In this document: piece by piece, positions 38,219-64,000 of the stretch | Layout: each line of letters opens with the position of its first letter | Numbering within the stretch: the stretch's first letter is position 1 | Origin: Octopus vulgaris | Taxonomy: Eukaryota | DNA: 64,000 bases | Reading direction: 5' to 3' | Assembly (NCBI GenBank): GCA_951406725.2 | Contig: OX597824.1 | Coordinates: 67,952,001 to 68,016,000 of the forward strand | Program-made: the position numbers and the translations under genes | Notes under the pieces: model-generated | What the model saw: only the letters and a program-made list of their open reading frames with translations | What the model was told of the DNA's origin: nothing | Databases searched by the model: none

Positions 38219-39325
38219 GACATATAATGAAAACTAAATAAATTAATTATTCCATTATACCTTACGTAAATATTAAATATTAATGTAATATATTTATGAA
38301 ATATATTAAAAAATTAAAGATGAAAAAGCAAATTATAAACGTATAACCTATCTTAAAAACACCGTATAACTATTTAACGATCTATATATCTCGTTGGCTA
38401 AGTAATAACTTACAAAAAATGTATAGTTATAATCTAATAATGAAATACAAATCTTCAACCACTAAATAATTATACAATCAAATTAACAAACAGTAGTTAT
38501 ATAGTATCCAATATAATACAATATAGCATAAATTATTAAAATAACTTAATAAGAAGGTTAACTCAGCTTTCCAAAATCGTGTCATTAACTAAACTAATAA
38601 CAGACAAATGGAAAATTCTTTTAACAATGAAAACTATGAATATATTTTATCAATGAAAAATACTAATACATATTGTCAATAAAAAATGGCTATATTTAAG
38701 CTACAATAGAACAAAGTCACTATTAGAGATATCTATGAATATATAATATGGCTAAATAAAACATAATAAATTCACGAATATCATTAACTCAGTTATAGTC
38801 CTAAATTAATTACTAAATAATTAAACTAAATAATCATTATTCAAATTTTAGATTTAAGTACACATCTAATAATTATAAAATATTTAAAAAATAATAACAA
38901 ATTATTATCAACAAATATAGCGATTAAAATCTAAAATTTACGCTATCAATAAATGTATAGACATATAAAGAAAAATAAATTAATTAATTAATCCAATACT
39001 ACTTACATAAATATTAAATATTAATATAATATAATTATGAGATACATTAAAAAAATAAAGATTAAAATCAAATTATAAACCAGTAACCTAACTTAAAAAA
39101 ACCCGTATAACTATTAACGATCTATATATCACTTTGGCTAAGTAATATCTTACAAATAACGTAGAGTTATAATCTGATTATTATATACATATCTTTAACA
39201 ACTAAATCATTAAGTAACAATCAATATTTATATAGTATACACAATAATACCAGAAGACTTATTAAAATATGTTAAAATATTAAATAGAAATAGAAATATA
39301 TTACTTAGCTTTCCAAGGCCGTGTT
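37945..39325. repeat. Extremely AT-rich diverged direct duplication (~37945-38590 / ~38745-39325)
   Basis: Shared blocks aaacataataaa(c/t)tcacgaatatc, ccgtataactatt, tggctaagtaata and agctttccaa. Confidence 0.75.
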
Positions 39326-39769
39326 AATATATACTCTTTTACTCAATTACTCTTTTACTTGTTTCAGTCATTTGACTGCGGCCATGCTGGAGCACCGCCT
39401 TTAGCCGAGCAAATCGACCCCGGGACTTATTAATTGTAAGCCTTGTACTTATTCTATCGGTCTCTTTTTGCCGAACCGCTAAGTGATGGGAACGTAAGCA
39501 CACCAGCATCGGTTGTCAAGCGAGACACACAAACACACACACATACATATACATATATATACATATATACGACAGGCTTCTTTCAGTTTCCGTCTGCCAA
39601 ATCCACTCACAAGGCATTGGTCGGCCCGGAGCTATAGCAGAAGACACTTGCCCAAGATGCCGCGCAGTGGGACTGAACCCGGGACTATGTGGTTGGTTAG
39701 CAAGCTACTTACCACACAGCCACTCCTGCGCCTATATATATATATATATAATTATAACATATATGTATA

Positions 39770-39824
<55 letters not shown>

Positions 39825-40199
39825 TACATACATACATACATACATACATACACATTCATACACATATTTCTGAAAAGGAAGCGAGAAAGAAAGATATACA
39901 CATAGACAGACAGGCATACAGGCATATTTTCTGAAATAGCTAAATACTTTTAACCGGAGACTATAGGAGAGAAAGACATTTGGCGAAGAGCCTTTTGTCG
40001 TCTAATGATATAAGAAATATCAAGAATTTGCTATAGTTATAATATATTTTATAGAGATATCAAAGCAATATGACCTTCGTATTTTGAATTTTAAAAAAAT
40101 GTAATCATTCTTAACTCCGATCATATCTAGTCTCCTTAAATTGTAACGATTATATCGTTGATATATTTGTCGTATTGTTACAGCGTTTTCTAACGATAT

Positions 40200-61375
<21,176 letters not shown>

Positions 61376-61834
61376 ATTGTTTCCGTTCTCGGTGGATCTA
61401 GATTTTACTGTTTATCAATATATATATATATATATATATGAGGGAAGAAAGTCAGATCGTGTGTATTTTCCAATATATAAATTACTGGAATTATGTACCA
61501 TTTTTTGGTGCGAGAATATAAGTTTGAATCTGGTAAATTGTTTTATTACTTAAAACTAAAATATATGTACAAACTTCCCAAGTGCATTAATACTGAATTT
61601 ACATAAGTCACGTAACTACAGGGATTTAATCAAACATATGTGTGCAGCAGAATATAAATTAGAAATTAACTGAGAACCAAAATTATATACTGCATTAACT
61701 AAATTTTATTTTTAAAACTTACATGACACAACAATCTAGTTGATAAATTGTAAGAAATTAACAATTTTGAGCACAATTTATTTCCTGTATTAGTGGAAAC
61801 AAACAAGAAACTGTTGTTGGCAAGAAAAACCTCT

Positions 61835-62160
61835 CTGTGGAAAATACCCAAAGAGAGCGAATAATGCAGATGTTGACAAAGCCCTGACACATCAATGGCT
61901 AATGGCCTCTGGCTTAACATCTGAAACAGAAGTGTTTATCATAGCAGCTCAAGATCAATGCCTGCCAACAAGGAACTACCAGGCCAACATATTAAAGAAC
62001 GGCAGTAGCCCAACTTGTCGTGTATGTCAACAACAAAATGAAACCATTGATCATGTTGTCTCCAAGTGCAGTCTTCTAGCGCCTACAAAGTATCTCAACA
62101 GGCATGATAGAGCTGTACAATATATTCACTGGGTAATCTGCAAAAACCTGGCACTTGAAA
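61835..62160 (+). mobile_element. R4/Dong-type fragment (CCHC region)
   Basis: Reads ETEVFIIAAQDQCLPTRNY and CRVCQQQNETIDHVVSKC. Confidence 0.8.
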
Positions 62161-62476
62161 CCCCTATGATTATAGTTTAAACGGACGTAAATAAGCGCTG
62201 AAAGATATTAAATGCATCGTGGATTCTATTACCTTTTAAATAATTGTTTCCGATTTCAGCACAAGGTCGGCCAATTTTGAGGGGGAGGAGTTAGTTGATT
62301 ACGTTGACACCCTCACCGAATATTTCACTGATAGTTCATTTTGTTGGCCTCGAAGTGATGACAAGAAAAAGTTGATCTCCGCGGGGATTTGAACTGAGAA
62401 CAAAATCAACAGGAAGAATTACAAGATACTTTGTTCTAACGATTCTGCTAATTCACTTCCCTTAAGTAACTTTCAA

Positions 62477-62543
<67 letters not shown>

Positions 62544-62560
62544 TAATAATAATAATAATA

Positions 62561-62618
<58 letters not shown>

Positions 62619-62864
62619 ATCCTTTCTACCAGTCGATTATATCCACCCTAGTGTTCCACTGCTGCTTATTTTATTGACTGTGAAAGGATGGAAGGCAAAG
62701 TCCAACTTGATGGAATGTGAACTCAGAACGTAAAGATGGACGAAATGCAGCAAAGAACATTTCCCGGTGAGGTAACGATTATGCCAGCTCACTGTCCAAA
62801 AAGAAAAAAAATAATAATAATAATAGAAGCAATAATAGAAGAGTGCCATTGTTATCAAGTGAAC

Positions 62865-63126
62865 GATATATCGACATCTCGTGTGTCAACCACTGATTCA
62901 AAAAATAAACTTTTGAATCTACTTCATTTTGGTTAATATTTATAGAACTGAGGTAACTCCTCCAGAAGTTATAGAAGCAAAAATAGAATAACAAGGGAAC
63001 TCTTCTATTTTTGCTTCTATATCTTATGGAGGAGTTACCTCAGTCCTATAAATATTAAGCAAAATGAAGTAGATTGACAAGTTTATTTTCTGAACCTGTG
63101 GAAGACACACGAAATGTCGAAATATG
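62865..63126. repeat. Foldback with ~125-bp arms and ~14-nt loop
   Basis: actgaggtaactcctcc / ggaggagttacctcagt, tagaagcaaaaatagaa / ttctatttttgcttcta and aatctacttcattttg / caaaatgaagtagatt. Confidence 0.85.
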
Positions 63127-63539
63127 CTGTTACGTTAATTAGATCAACTGGAACCCTCCTCGTCGTAACTGACGAAATGCTAGTTTTTAGTCCTGATGAG
63201 TATATTGCGCTTCGTATATTTGTACTTCAGCGTCACATTGATGGCGTGTGCTGTTCTCTCATTCAAAATTAAATATACAAAAGAAAGAAAAATAATAATG
63301 AATTAAAAGTAATCTGTCTGATGCTCCAACAATTCTGTCAATTCATCGCACATATCACATGTTAATAAAACTTATAAGACGAAAATTCTGCAGAACCCAT
63401 CATACAATAGGGATAACTGCATATTAAAAATCGAAATTAAAGAAAATGAACAAGCGCTCAAGATCAGGCTTCCTTTTTTTTCAGATTTTTAGATTCACGT
63501 TCTGAAAACCTGTATGCGATTCTCTCCCCCCTCTCTCTC

Positions 63540-63591
<52 letters not shown>

Positions 63592-63895
63592 TTCTACCTA
63601 TTTTTTACTACTACACTATGTATCCCGTGTACACTCCAATAAAGTTTCTTCTCACTGATTTTTATCGCCTTTTGTTTTCTTTGTTTTTGTTGGTTTTTCT
63701 TCAAGAATTAAAATATTTACATCGTGAACTTTCACTCACCTCTCAAGGAAACTGCTCCCAGGCGCCAAAACAAATAATTGCAATAAATCTCTTAAATAAA
63801 TACAAATCACGTTCTACATTCTGCGCGTATTGAGTCCTCTTCAGGATTATGTACAATTTAATATTGTAACAAACTACACCTCAATATTATGTGCA

Positions 63896-63963
<68 letters not shown>

Positions 63964-64000
63964 AATTAAGGACTGAACACGAAAAGTGGACAGTCAACAT

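Noticed and set aside
62478-62619. (AAT)n immediately followed by (ATT)n, forming a hairpin
   Set aside because: Explained by simple-repeat tracts of opposite orientation meeting between decayed SINE copies.
63193-63850. CTGATGA at ~63193 (+) and CTGAAGA at ~63838-63844 (-)
   Set aside because: No correctly placed GAAA/stem III partner found.

Overview
AT-rich eukaryotic genomic DNA, rich in microsatellites and transposons. The SINE families and repeat landscape suggest a cephalopod, probably Octopus (inference). Two convergent (tail-to-tail) multi-exon paralogues of the SLC22 organic ion transporter family (MFS) form the backbone. Gene A (+) has 7 coding exons in the window (1621..25157) and its 5' part lies outside. 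Gene B (-) is complete, with 10 coding exons (61375..40200, 565 aa). Introns and the intergenic spacer hold R4/Dong-type non-LTR fragments embedded in (AAT)n, Penelope-like elements (PLEs) embedded in (TA)n, several mariner/Tc1 relics, a Helitron, a MITE family, tRNA-derived SINEs and a tRNA-Gly pseudogene. The most unusual signal is a set of type I hammerhead ribozyme motifs from several unrelated sequence families. It includes a 354-bp tandem 'retrozyme'-like unit in the sense strand of a gene A intron that could release a small circular RNA. Most ORFs in the supplied track are microsatellite artefacts. All structures were read by eye and no database searches were run.
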